Assembly (NCBI RefSeq): GCF_006345805.1
Contig: NC_042997.1
Coordinates: 27,528,001-27,592,000 of the forward strand
DNA: 64,000 nt
Direction of reading: 5' to 3'
DNA from: Octopus sinensis
Lineage: Eukaryota
Both the position numbers and the translations under genes were made by a program. The notes beneath the pieces are model-generated. The model was not told the DNA's origin, did no database searches, and saw nothing but the letters and a program-made list of their open reading frames with translations. Below, piece by piece: positions 12,900 through 25,299 of the stretch (its first letter is position 1; each line of letters starts with the position of its first letter).

Positions 12900-13209
12900 T
12901 CTTTCAGTATATGTTTCATGTTTTATCTTTTACTTGTTTCAGTCATTACACTCGGTAATGACGAGGTACCGCATTGAAGAATTTCTAGTCGGACGAATAG
13001 ACTAAAGCACTTACATATTTTTAAGTTTGGCACTTCTTCTATCGTTCCTATTAGCCGAACCGCTAGAATACAGGGGCGTAAACACAACAGCGCCGGCTGT
13101 CAAGCTGTAGTGGGAGACAAACACAGACACACACACAAAGACACAAAGACACACACCACACACATGTGCACAAACACACACACACAAACACACATACATA
13201 CTTGTATAT

Positions 13210-13264
<55 letters not shown>

Positions 13265-13330
13265 CGTCTTTAAGATTCACAAGGCTTTGGTGGGCTCGAG
13301 CCTATTGTAGAAGATACTTGCTGAAAGTGA
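12900..13330 (-). mobile_element. SINE family B (degraded)
   Basis: Tail, body and internal (CA)/(TG) block recognisable. Confidence 0.75.
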
Positions 13331-13644
13331 CATTGGGTGGCACCAAATGGTTGGAGAGCAAGCTTTGTTTACATATATCATAATATAATTTTGTATTTTC
13401 TATAAAGAATAAACCTTAAATCTGATTGGTTATTTTTCAAAAACGTAACGGTGAATATTTGGTAATGGATGGATATTGAAATTAAAATGCTGTGTATGTA
13501 TAGCTATGAATGCGTTTACATAATTTTAATTATATTTTACCATTCCTTTTGCGTATGTTTGTATGGGTGCAGATGGGTTAACGTGCGTACGCATATAGTG
13601 CTATGCCGGTGTGTATAACATAACACTTTTTGTGTGTATCACTC

Positions 13645-13860
13645 TCTTTTAATCTTTTACTTGTTTCAGTCATTTGACTGCGGCCATGCTGGAGCACCGC
13701 CTTTAGTCGACCAAATCCACCCCGGAACTTATTCTTTGTAAGCCCAGTACTCTTTTGTCGAACCGCTAAGTGACGGGGACGTAAACACACCAGCATCGGT
13801 TGTCAAGCAATGCTAGGGACACAACACACACACATACACACACACAACACACACAATCAT

Positions 13861-13894
<34 letters not shown>

Positions 13895-14050
13895 GATATA
13901 TATATATATATACATATATACGACAGGCTTCTTTCAGTGTCCGTCTACCAAATCCACTCACAGGCATTGGTCGGCGGCCGGGCTATAGCAGAAGACACTT
14001 GCCCAAGATGCCACGCAGTGGGACTGAACCCAGAACCATGTGGTTGGTTG
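13645..14050 (-). mobile_element. SINE family B
   Basis: Matches the family. Confidence 0.85.
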
Positions 14051-14339
14051 GTTATATATACATAATATAACTTTCAATATAATATATTTCAATCTTTCAA
14101 TACCCATCACTCTATTCTTCCAGCCCCATTACTAATTAGTAATTACTTATTTTTGGAATTCCTACCTATCCAATGTAAGGCTTTTCTTTCAATCCATCAC
14201 ATCATTCTATTAATTTAAATATCCATACATTACCAAATATTTACCATTACGTTTTTGAAAAATTAATCAGTCGGAATATTTGTTATACAAGAAACAAAAT
14301 TACATTACTTGCACAATTATTATCTAAAATTCAGTATTC

Positions 14340-14450
14340 ATAATAACTTTCCGACGAACGGGAACGTGAAACTCTGAGCAACAGTTCTGTGAATATTTTG
14401 TAGTTATAATAAATCATATTACTCTACTCTTGGTATACGAGTACTATGTT
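14340..14450 (+). mobile_element. Penelope-like terminal fragment with a degenerate hammerhead-like motif
   Basis: CCGACGA-ACG(GGAA)CGT-GAAAC-TCTGAGCA; the cleavage triplet is mutated to GCA. Confidence 0.5.
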
Positions 14451-14639
14451 TTCCAATTTTTTGTATTTATGTGCCAACCTGTGTATATGTGTGTGTATGT
14501 ACATGTATTTATATATATATATATATCTATATATATATATATATATATATATCTATATATATATAGTATATAGATATACATGTATGTATATATATATGTA
14601 TATATATATGTGGTGGTGTGGTGTGTGTGGTGTGTGTGT

Positions 14640-15012
14640 GTGTGTGGCTGTGTGGTAAGTAGTTTGCTTACGGACCACATGGCATCTTGGGCAAGTGTCT
14701 TCTACTATAGCTTCGGGCCGAGCAAAACATTGTGAGTGGATTTGGTAGACGGAAACTAAAAGAAGCCTGTCGTATATATGTATATATGTATGTGTGTGTA
14801 TATGTTTGTGCGTATGTTTTTGTTCCCCCAACATCGCTTGACAACCGATGCCGGTGTGTTTACATCCCCTTAACTTAGCGGTTCAGCAAAAGAGACCGAT
14901 AGAATGAGTACTAGGCTTACAAAGAATAAGTCCTGGGGTTGATTTGCTCGACTAAAGGCGGTGCTCCCGCATGGCCACAGTGAAATGGCTGAAACAAGTA
15001 AAAGAGTAAAAG
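14640..15012 (+). mobile_element. SINE family B
   Basis: Matches the family; inverted relative to the 13645 copy. Confidence 0.85.
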
Positions 15013-15013
15013 C

Positions 15014-15063
<50 letters not shown>

Positions 15064-15519
15064 ATATATATATATGTATGTATATATGTATATATAAATA
15101 TATAAATGTAAAGGTAACATTCAAGAATCAAGGTGTCGGATGTTAGTAAGTCTCAAACATTCTGTAGGAGGTATAAAAAAACAGTTTTCAGGAAGAACAG
15201 TGGTTTATTGATGTAGAAGGGTGTGCATTTTTCCTATATCGAAGTTCGATAAGCTGAAAAAATTGTTTCAGTTAGAAGCTGGGTTTGCTGTATATGCAAA
15301 GAGAAATTCAAAATTAGAAAATGGAGTAGATACAATCCCGGCTGTATATGTTTCATAGGTAGGAGAACCACGGAAGTAGCAATAGTTCAAACGAGAGATA
15401 ATCCGCTGGCTACTCGTCGGGCCAAGATACGTTAATCAAATGAAGTTTACATTATCGTCAAGGGATCCCATGTTAACTTCTATGAGATTTTATCGAAAAT
15501 GCATATATATATATATATA

Positions 15520-15802
15520 TCAGCGTGATCACCGTGACCGACCAGGCTATCAGATGTTGCTATACATCCCTGGTCACAATGCGCTTCAAATGATGCCACC
15601 CCGCTGGCTAAGCGAGCAGGCCAACAGAAGAAAGAGTGAGAGAAAGTTGTGGCGAAAGAGTACAGCAGGGATCGCCACCATCCCCTGCCGGGGCCTCGTG
15701 GAGCATTAGGTGTTTTCGCTCAATAAAGACTCACAACGTCCGGTCTGGGAATCGAAATCGCGATTCTACAACCGCGAGTCCGCTGGGCCATTGCGCCTCC
15801 AC
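15520..15802 (-). mobile_element. SINE related to family A (same head, different 3' body)
   Basis: Head shared with the 22109 copy. Confidence 0.7.
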
Positions 15803-16237
15803 ATATATATATATATATATATACATATGTAGGTCCGGGTTGATTCGGGGTTAACCACAGTAAATAAGGTACTCAATACATAGCAGAGTAAAATAATTTA
15901 TTATATAGAAGGAGCTTCATAGGACTAGAACTGTTTCATTCAAGAGAAATCTTCAGGAAGCTAGTTAACAAGAATTGTATTGGCATTTATACATTAGGCA
16001 GGTTTAAAGGGGTTGGTGGGGACTTTTTGGGGGTAGGCATAGCGCAAAATATCATACTTGGGGGGAGTGGTCAAGGAGTCAGTGTTAAATTAGATAGAAG
16101 AATAAATTTAAAAAAAATAAATAAAAAAAAATAAAAAAAATAAAAAAAAATAAAAAAAATCTATATATATATATATTTACTATTTACTTATTTTTTGAGT
16201 ATGCATGTAAGTATGAATATAAGGAGGTGCGTGTGTG

Positions 16238-16337
16238 NNNNNNNNNNNNNNNNNNNNNNNNNNNNNNNNNNNNNNNNNNNNNNNNNNNNNNNNNNNNNNN
16301 NNNNNNNNNNNNNNNNNNNNNNNNNNNNNNNNNNNNN
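16238..16337. other. Assembly gap (100 N)
   Basis: Run of N. Confidence 1.
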
Positions 16338-17352
16338 GATAAAGTCATAGCATTTTGCCAACTTAATGTGGCAGTCCCAGAAAAAGGAAAACGTCACTGT
16401 TATTTAGCCTCAAGATAGACCGTTTCTAGATGGCCATGGGACACAAGCGTATCCAGAGACTAGTCCCCTTCCCTGCGACTGCCACATTAAGTTGGCATCA
16501 AGCCATCGCTTTATTGTGCTGTTACTGCATAACACTCACTGGGAGATTTTGAGATGTATTTCCCTTGAAATTTTATAAGTTTTCAGCAGCGGGTTCACAG
16601 CGATATCTAGCCAGGCCAGCACCCCAGCCTGTTGAAGTGCAATAACCCAGAAACTATTATTTGAAAAAATATTTGAAAATATATGTAACTTACTTGTTAT
16701 TAGTCTATTAGATCATTAGAATATATAAAGAAAAAACTATAAAAATTCTTTAAGAATTATGGGTTAGATATATTTATAGAGAAAGAGCATTCTGTGGTTA
16801 ACTACTTCTAAACTTAGTAACAAATCTAAACTTAGTAACTAATAAAACCAACCATTCCATTAAATTAACCGAGAACCTTAAGTACATTAATACCTATAGC
16901 AACCATCCTAGCCCAGTAAAAAAAAAACACTAATAGAAAATATAGGTAAAGGAATTTCTATGTTATCCTTGGATATAGATAATTTCAATAAACATGCCTC
17001 TTACTATAATAGTGCATTAAAAAAACAGGATATAATACGAAAATTAAATTCTTTAATAATTACGGACCCAATAATAATACCAGTAATTACCTTAACGCTC
17101 AAACCCACTATAGAAGTAATAGCAAAGATAATAATAAACAATATAAGGAAATAAAGATAATTATAATGTACGTATAAAACAAATAATAATAAAATGATTA
17201 TAGGAAGGATTATAGCAAAAATAATTCGAATGGAAATAAGCATAATTATTATATACCAACGAAGAATACACTGACAATGAACAAAAATAATAAGAATTAA
17301 AATAATGGTACTACTACTACTACTACTAGTACTAGTACTACTACTACTACTA

Positions 17353-17393
<41 letters not shown>

Positions 17394-17494
17394 GAGTGGT
17401 GACATTTAGTAGTTACTCTTCATATCATCATCAGACTATTCGACCTTGCTTCGACAAATGTTTTGATGACTACTCTGTATCTACAGTATCTAAA

Positions 17495-17656
17495 GCAGGA
17501 GTGGCTGCGCGGTAAGAAGCTTGCTTCCCAACCACATGGTTCCGGGTTCAGTTCCACTACGTGACACCTTGGGGAAGTGTCTACTGCTATAGCCTCGGGC
17601 CGACTAAAGCCTTGTGAGAAGATTGGGTTAGGCGAACTGAAAGACGCCCGTCATAT

Positions 17657-17713
<57 letters not shown>

Positions 17714-18010
17714 GTATGTGTGGTGTGTGTGTGTGTGTGTGTGTGTTGTGTGTGTGTGTGTGTGTGTGCGTGTGGTGTATGTATGTATGTTTTTGTTTGC
17801 ATATATGTCGTGTGTTGTGCCTCTGTTTTCCTCCCTCCACCATTGCTTGACAACCGATCCTGGTCTGTTTACTTGGCGGTTCCGCAAAAGAGGGCGATAT
17901 AATCAGTACTAGACTTAAAAAGAATAAGTCCTGGGGTCGGTTGATTCGGTTAAAGGCGGTACTCCAGCCTAGCCACAGTCAAATGACTGAAAGAAGTAAA
18001 ATAATAAAAG
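17495..18010 (+). mobile_element. SINE family B
   Basis: Matches the family, with an expanded internal microsatellite. Confidence 0.85.
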
Positions 18011-18403
18011 AATATCTAACCTGTATATCTACAGATCATTCCCCTTCTGTAAACTGGGTACTCGGTACATGATTGTTATCACACCACACTCTATATACAT
18101 ATACATATGCACATGCACATATACAACCCACACATACAACTATGTATGTGTGTGCATTTCTTTTGTTTTTTTTCTTTTACTCGTTTGAGTCATGTGACGG
18201 CGGCCATTGTTGAAAAACATCCATGAAGGGCTTTTAGTCACGCAATTCCGCCCCTGGTTTCTTTTGCCAGACCGCTAAATTTATGACGACGGCCAACGCC
18301 AACACCGGTTTGTCAAGTGGCGGTGCAGGACAAGCACAGACGCAGACACGCACTCACACCACACACACACACACACACACCCCACACCTTATATATATGT
18401 ATG

Positions 18404-18467
<64 letters not shown>

Positions 18468-18852
18468 CTATTTATATTATATTTATATATATATATTATA
18501 TATCTATACATATAATATATATATATATATTAGCGGGCATTTTGTAGTAGCCTTGATGCATACGTTCATATATATATGCATGTATACGTTCGTATATGTA
18601 AGTATTCGCATGTTGTATTTATATAAATATTATATGTATCTATGTTTTTCTCTGAGTGTATTCTACTGATGAAGCAAAGCATTTCTAAATGCAAAGTCGG
18701 AAATCCGGGATCTAGAATTATCTATTTGACTTTTCTCCCAATGTTGCTATATGAAAACTTCAGGTGTGTTTTGAGTCGGTTCAGCTGCTATTTTCAGCAT
18801 GGTGGTATCACGTAGATACCCTAATTTATAATTTAAATCATATATATACATA

Positions 18853-18895
<43 letters not shown>

Positions 18896-18915
18896 CATTA
18901 TATATTATATATATC

Positions 18916-18977
<62 letters not shown>

Positions 18978-19164
18978 GTATATATATATACATATATATA
19001 TTATATATTACGATATATTATATACATATATATTATCATATATACCTCTATATACTATATATATTATATCATAATATATACATATTATATAATATATCTA
19101 TATATATAATATATATTATATCTATATATATCTATACATATATACCTATATTATTACTAATACA

Positions 19165-19196
<32 letters not shown>

Positions 19197-19199
19197 ATA

Positions 19200-19420
19200 T
19201 ATATATCATAATATTTCTTTCGAAATGTGACCTTGCGTGTACCGTTGGCAATTTTTTTTCCTCTGTCTTCCTTTCTCTGGATCTTTCCTTCTCCATGTTT
19301 CCGACGAAGAGCTCGGCTCGAAACGTCAAACCCTCCTTCTTTCCTTCTTTCCTGAGCGTCCAATAATACTATATTTTTCCCACGTCCTCGCGTTGTTGTA
19401 TTTTTTGTGCTTTCTTGTTT
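19200..19420 (+). mobile_element. Penelope-like terminal repeat fragment with a minimal hammerhead-like motif (19297-19331)
   Basis: GTTT-CCGACGA-A-GAGC(TCG)GCTC-GAAACGTC-AAAC; near-identical copy at 29160-29375. Confidence 0.65.
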
Positions 19421-19687
19421 GATTAACTATATATATGTATATATATATAAAATATATATATATATATATATATAATAATATATATATATATTATAATATA
19501 TATATTTATATATTTATATATATATATATATATTATATATATATCTATGACATATTAATCTCAATTTCCGTCCTACCAAAATACATTCACAAGGATTTGG
19601 TCGCCAGAAGCTATAGCAGAAGATTCTTGCCCAAGCTGCGACGCAATGGAACTGAACCTGGGAACATATCGTTGGGAAGAATCTTGC

Positions 19688-19722
<35 letters not shown>

Positions 19723-19859
19723 TGAATCCATAGGTTTGTACATATATACGTATAAACATATATGGTCATAACTTGCCTGACATTCTGATCACCTACTCGT
19801 GAAATTTAGAGTAGCAACCGACTGATTCGATCGATCGTTCGATCGTTTGAGAAATTTCA

Positions 19860-20003
19860 TTATTGGCCACGCAGGCTTGAGCACAGAAGGAACAAAATAC
19901 AAAGTAGAGCTTTTCTTTTTGGGAAGAAGAGATAGAAAGGGTGGGTCGCATTCCGATCAAAATGGATTGTTAAAAGAAAAAAAGAAATGGGGCCGATCAA
20001 TAG

Positions 20004-20034
<31 letters not shown>

Positions 20035-20075
20035 ATATATATATATATATATATATAGATAGATAATAGATATAT

Positions 20076-20129
<54 letters not shown>

Positions 20130-21240
20130 AGATAACTTTCTTTATTGGCCACACAAGGCTGGACACAGAGGGGACAACGACAAATGTACAGCTTTTCTTT
20201 CGGAGGTGGAAAAGGAAAGAAGAAGAAAAGGAAACAAATGTAATTTCGATCAAAGGGATTGGAAGAAAAAAAAACGATCAAAAGGGATCGTGTATCACAG
20301 AAAGAAAGTTTTTTTTTTTTGTTTCAAAGTAACAAACAAGATTAGGTCATCCGTCGAAACAGAAAGCCTACAGAAAGACCACGGTAACCTCAGGCAGGGA
20401 GGAAAAAAAAAGCACATGAGAGTCAAGTGTGCTCTTCTCTCTCTCTCTCTCTCCCATCTCTCTCACATCTCTCCTGCTCCTCGGTCTCTCATCTCTCTCT
20501 CTCTCCTCTCTCTACGATTTACAGGATCATGCTCAAAGTGGTCTCGTCACTCGCACGCACCATCTTTGCTACATTCACCCACCTTTTTTTGAAACTTTTA
20601 CGAGACAAAACCTGCCTTTCCATTCTCACCTTCCTTTTAAAGTGGCACTTGAAGAAGTTGATGAGCGATTGGCCAGAGAGGTAAGTGTTTGTCTCTAATC
20701 CTTTAGCTCGAGTCGACCACACACATTCTTTCACCATAGCCACCAGTACGAGGAAAACTGCCTTGCCATCCCGGTTGAGGGAAGGGGGCGGTGTAACTTC
20801 CACGATAGACTCGGCCGACAGGCGGACTCGTCCCACACGTAACAGCAGCCGTTCGGCATAAGCCCACAGGCCCGAAATGGATGGACACTGCACGAGTGCG
20901 TGCAGAACGGTTTTGTCGCTCTAACCGCATCTCGGGCAAGTCGGTCCAGTGTGTCTAGAACCGTGCCAGTAGAGCTTATCCCGAACAGGCAATGCTTCTC
21001 GATAACACTGCCAGGCCAGAGATCTTTGGTGATTGTCCATAGGTCCCGGCCCGAAAGTTGTCCTGAACAGGCGGGTCTGGTGTCTCTCGTCGACGCCCAG
21101 ATTCTGCCTGAGAACGTCGTCGCACCTCCCCTCCACTAATCCTCTATAGAACGCCTTTGTTGTAATGAAGTCGCACAAATTTGGTCCCGGACGGCAGAGT
21201 TGCTTGAGAGTAAGGCGACACTCGCGGTGCCATTCACCCA
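19860..21240 (-). mobile_element. Tx1/L1-clade LINE C-terminus and 3'UTR (partly duplicated tail)
   Basis: LPVRDKL...CPRCG.....HALVQCPSI..LW...CVW..R, a zf-RVT-like region (ORFs 20921..21433 and 20519..20893). Confidence 0.8.
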
Positions 21241-21323
21241 GCCTAGATAGATAGAGATAGATAGAGAGAGAGAGAGAGAGAGATAGGCAGACAACAGACA
21301 GACAGACAGACAGACAGACAATC

Positions 21324-21429
<106 letters not shown>

Positions 21430-21735
21430 GCAAGAGAAATATTAAAATATATTAAAAATAGAACGGAAAACTACAGAAGACTATTTCACTAAGTTCTCCT
21501 GTATTAAGACGAGTCACACCACACCACTTCCACTTTACAGGTAAAGGGGGAAATAAATAAGTTATGTCCTGGTTACTTGAAGCTTTCCTTGAGTTATATA
21601 GGTCACAGTTACCTCATCTCGTTTGATATCAGGTACTACACTTAAGCGGAAGTAAAATTTTCGGTACTTTTTTTGTCCCCCCTGTTTATATTTATATATT
21701 TTTTTGACTTTGTTTTGATTCAGCTTTATGACTTA

Positions 21736-21768
21736 TGGTAAATCCATTGCGTCACATATTCTATATAA
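21736..21768 (+). promoter_or_regulatory. Putative promoter of IL-17 locus B
   Basis: TGGTAAATCC (kB-like), TTGCGTCA (CRE/ATF-like) and TATATAA 141 nt before the ATG; conserved in locus D. Confidence 0.6.
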
Positions 21769-21902
21769 GTAACCTCAGAGTAGCCGGTATCATCACAAGC
21801 GAATATCATTTTAAAGCGATAACACGCTCAAGCTTTATTTGATAATATCTACATATATAATACTATTGTCATTCTTTCCATTCCAAGTGATCAACCATTA
21901 TA

Positions 21903-21917
21903 ATGAATACCACCAAC
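21903..21917 (+). CDS. IL17: IL-17-like locus B, coding exon 1 (MNTTN)
   Basis: ATGAATACCACCAAC|GTAAGT; the phase-0 donor joins the phase-0 acceptor CACGCAG at 23491; identical exon in locus D. Confidence 0.8.
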
Positions 21918-22108
21918 GTAAGTAAACATACATTGTTAATATTAACTGCTATATTTATATCTTCAGTCTCATTTCTATGCTTACTCTTGTATCATTCATG
22001 GTAAAATTTACCTTTGTTCAAACGAGTGAATCATTTTGCAGAAGTACGTTACTCAGATTGTTATTATGCATCTGAGGCGTATTTTTAAGGCTTTAGTATA
22101 TTGATTTA

Positions 22109-22490
22109 GGAGGCGCAATGGCCCAGAGGTTAGGGCAGCAGACTCGCGGTCATAGGATCGCGGTTTCGATTCCCAGACCGGGCGTTGTGAGTGTTTATTG
22201 AGCGAAAACACCTAAAGCTCCACGAGGCTCCGACAGAGGATGCTGGCGATTCCTGCTGTACTCTTTCACCACAACTTTCTCTCACTCTTACTTCCTGTTT
22301 CTGTTGTACCTGTATTTCAAAGGGCCGGCCTTGTCACTCTCTGTGTCACGCTGAATATCCCCGAGAACTACGTTAAGGGTACACGTGTCTGTGGAGTGCT
22401 CAGCCACTTACACGTTAATTTCACGAGCAGGCTGTTCCGTTGATTCGGATCAACCGGAACCCTCGTCGTCGTAACCGAACGAGTGCTTCC
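22109..22490 (+). mobile_element. tRNA-derived SINE family A in the locus B intron
   Basis: 11-bp TSD ATATTGATTTA (22098-22108 and 22491-22501); the homologous site in the locus D intron is empty. Confidence 0.92.
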
Positions 22491-22774
22491 ATATTGATTT
22501 AATTCTTTGCTTTCGCACACTCATATATAATTTTGCGTTGACTCGTATGTTTTTATAGATTTATTATAGACATTTAATTGTTTGCTTCATGTGTATGTTG
22601 TCTTTCGTCCCACTTATAATTTATTTAAAATTGCAGTTGAGCATAAACGAGCGCAAATTTGGCAGGTGTTGAAGTAGAATATCTGCAAATGCCTTATAGA
22701 ACGTTAAAGCCGGGTGATATCAAACATATACTCTGTGTATTCATTTATCTATCTACTTAGTTATCTACTGGGTG

Positions 22775-22866
22775 ACGTAAAGACCCCTTTCGGTCATTAA
22801 TTACCATGGAATTGCACGAAGAAAGTTCCCCTTTGAGGCTCAAGTCCGGGGGCAGTCCCCATGCAT

Positions 22867-22914
<48 letters not shown>

Positions 22915-23200
22915 GCAGACAAACAGACAGACAGACAATCAGACAGATAGATAGATAGATAGATAGATATAGATAGATAGATCACCCATCTCCAAGCCAC
23001 ATATATTATTCAAAGGAAAGGAAAAAAGGTGACGCCGCTTGGCACCAGTCACGTGGCACCACGTTTCTACAGCTGAGTGGACTGGAGCAACTTGAAATAA
23101 ATTGCCTTACACACGAATACAACGCACAGCCCGGTTCGAAAATCGAACTCACTACCTCATAATAGTGAAACCGATGCTCTAACCACTGAGCCATGTGCCT
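22775..23200 (-). mobile_element. Old SINE family D relic in the locus B intron
   Basis: Degraded match to the 47033/48521 copies; a paralogous relic lies at 56335-56625 in the D intron. Confidence 0.7.
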
Positions 23201-23491
23201 TTCACAGTTATCTATTAGAAAACAATTTAATCTTTCGTAATTTGGAGTGAATACATGTGTATGTGTGCGTGTGTGACAGACAGTGAGAGACAGAGAGAGG
23301 GAGAGGGAGAGAGAAAGTGATAGAGAACGAGGGAGCGAGTGAGTGAGTGAGTGAGTGAATGAGTGGTGGGTGAGTGAGTGTATATGTGCCATGGATGTAG
23401 TATATTATTCTCATATTTCTTCATTTATTTAGCTGTGGCTCATATTGGAATGTAATTACTGATTTCGACGTATATATTTCATATCACGCAG

Positions 23492-24022
23492 GTGCTCATC
23501 CAGGTTGTAATCTTCCTCCTCACCAACGTCGTATTGTTCATATCCTCGGCGTCAATTCCGACTCAATGTAAAATACCCAAGGATTTGAAAGTCCAATACG
23601 AGGAACTATCCAGCGCAGCGATCGGCAATAACTTTTTCCTACCAGCTGAAATGGCTCCAGCAGGAAGTGATCAACAGGAACTGACCGAAGGGGATAAAAC
23701 TTGCCCAACATCTTCCGTATCTACTGATATCATTCGTGAGCGTTCAACCTGCCCATGGTACCTGAAAATTACGCACAATTCCACATATTTTCCTTCATCA
23801 CGCAGAGAAGTCGTGTGTCGCTGTACAGAGTGTCTGGACTCTGACAGTAACCACCAATGTGTGATGGTTTATACTCCAATGACTGTCCTGAAACGTACAG
23901 CTCAATGCGTTGATGGACTGTACGTTTATAAACCAAGTGTCATCGAGGTGGCCACAGCTTGTGTGTGTGCACGGAAGGTCGATGTAATATCCGGAGGAAA
24001 TGAGGACGAATATGAGTCGTAA
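23492..24022 (+). CDS. IL17: IL-17-like cytokine locus B, exon 2 (181-aa spliced product)
   Basis: Signal VLIQVVIFLLTNVVLFISSA; RSTCPW, FP...EVVCRC..C, TVLKR and VATACVC IL-17 motifs; 10 Cys; NST sequon. Confidence 0.95.
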   Translation: MLIQVVIFLLTNVVLFISSASIPTQCKIPKDLKVQYEELSSAAIGNNFFLPAEMAPAGSDQQELTEGDKTCPTSSVSTDIIRERSTCPWYLKITHNSTYFPSSRREVVCRCTECLDSDSNHQCVMVYTPMTVLKRTAQCVDGLYVYKPSVIEVATACVCARKVDVISGGNEDEYES

Positions 24023-24096
24023 TATCGGCCAAAATCATCGAACATTCAAATGTGTGTAACACAAATGGTTTTCATAATGTTATGGAAGTTTAAGTA

Positions 24097-24111
24097 AACC
24101 ACTGTGTGGTT
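24097..24111 (+). promoter_or_regulatory. CDE-like 3'UTR stem-loop (AACCAC-UGU-GUGGUU)
   Basis: 6-bp stem with a Py-Pu-Py triloop; identical in C and D. Confidence 0.55.
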
Positions 24112-24190
24112 GCTATATGAAACTATATACGAAACATGCCCACACACAAAAACATACAATCGCAAATATGCGCTATCTCTCTATTTCTAC

Positions 24191-24237
<47 letters not shown>

Positions 24238-25299
24238 TCTCTTCTCACAGACACTCGGATATATATATGCGGTATGTATGCATATATATACATACACACA
24301 CACGCACACATACATGTATACAAATATATGTGTGTATATATAATTATGGGTATATTTACTTGTATATAAATATATATCTGAAAATACATACATACATTCA
24401 TAAATACATACTTTTTCATGCATACCTACATCTATACATACATACGTACATCGACAAAAAAATTTCTGTCTCCTAAATGCTGTTCAGACATATTTCTTGT
24501 AAATATTTTTTTTTTTTTGCCATTTTGTGAACTCCGAACGGGACTCCTGTATTACTGTCGTATTAATTTATTGCCAACATTTTCTTTTTTTATGTATATA
24601 TCTAAGCATATAGGAAGTTCCTTGAATATAAATACTTGGAACAGATATTGAAATATATTTTCCATTTACATGACATACACCTAACTTTAAATACTCCGAT
24701 CATCAAGATGTAATCCTCATTATACGAACAAACCATTCATAAATGTACAGATAATTGCACGCACATTCACCTACCCATGCCATTCTACTTCGTTGGCATT
24801 CTGTTGTATATAAACAAAAAGTAATTACAGATGACAGTTCTAATAATGAACAACATTTCATTAAAATTTGAGTAACATTTCAAAACTGTAAATAAAACTT
24901 TGATATTTCTATTTTTCCATAATGCAGATCATAAGACATATATGCTAATTTGTATCATATTTATTCCATTCTAATATTCTAATATTTTTTCTAATATTTT
25001 AATATCAATAAAAAATATTTTATCAATATCATAAACTGTCTTTTATGTTCTTATTTTCTTTCTCTTGCCTGAATAAAGCATGTAAAAACTTCAGTCACTG
25101 ACTGCAAGCCCAACTAAGCTTGAGTAAATGCACTAAAGCCTAAAATATGTAGTTAAAATTAATGAATCTGTTTTCTTGCTCCTTCGAGGAACGAAGGGCA
25201 CTTTAACACTGAACGTTTATACAGTTTAACCTCATTTGTATGCTTATGAAACAAGAATATGAAGAGCGCCTCATTTAATCCAGGTATGAATATGAGTGT

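Noticed and set aside
16680-17290. NUMT (mitochondrial insertion)
   Set aside because: No mitochondrial protein motif recognised in code-5 translation; kept only as an unexplained low-interest finding
22109-22180. tRNA-like sequences at SINE heads (also 44509, 47033, 60552 and others)
   Set aside because: A/B boxes are present but run into SINE bodies with TSDs; no complete cloverleaf or acceptor stem
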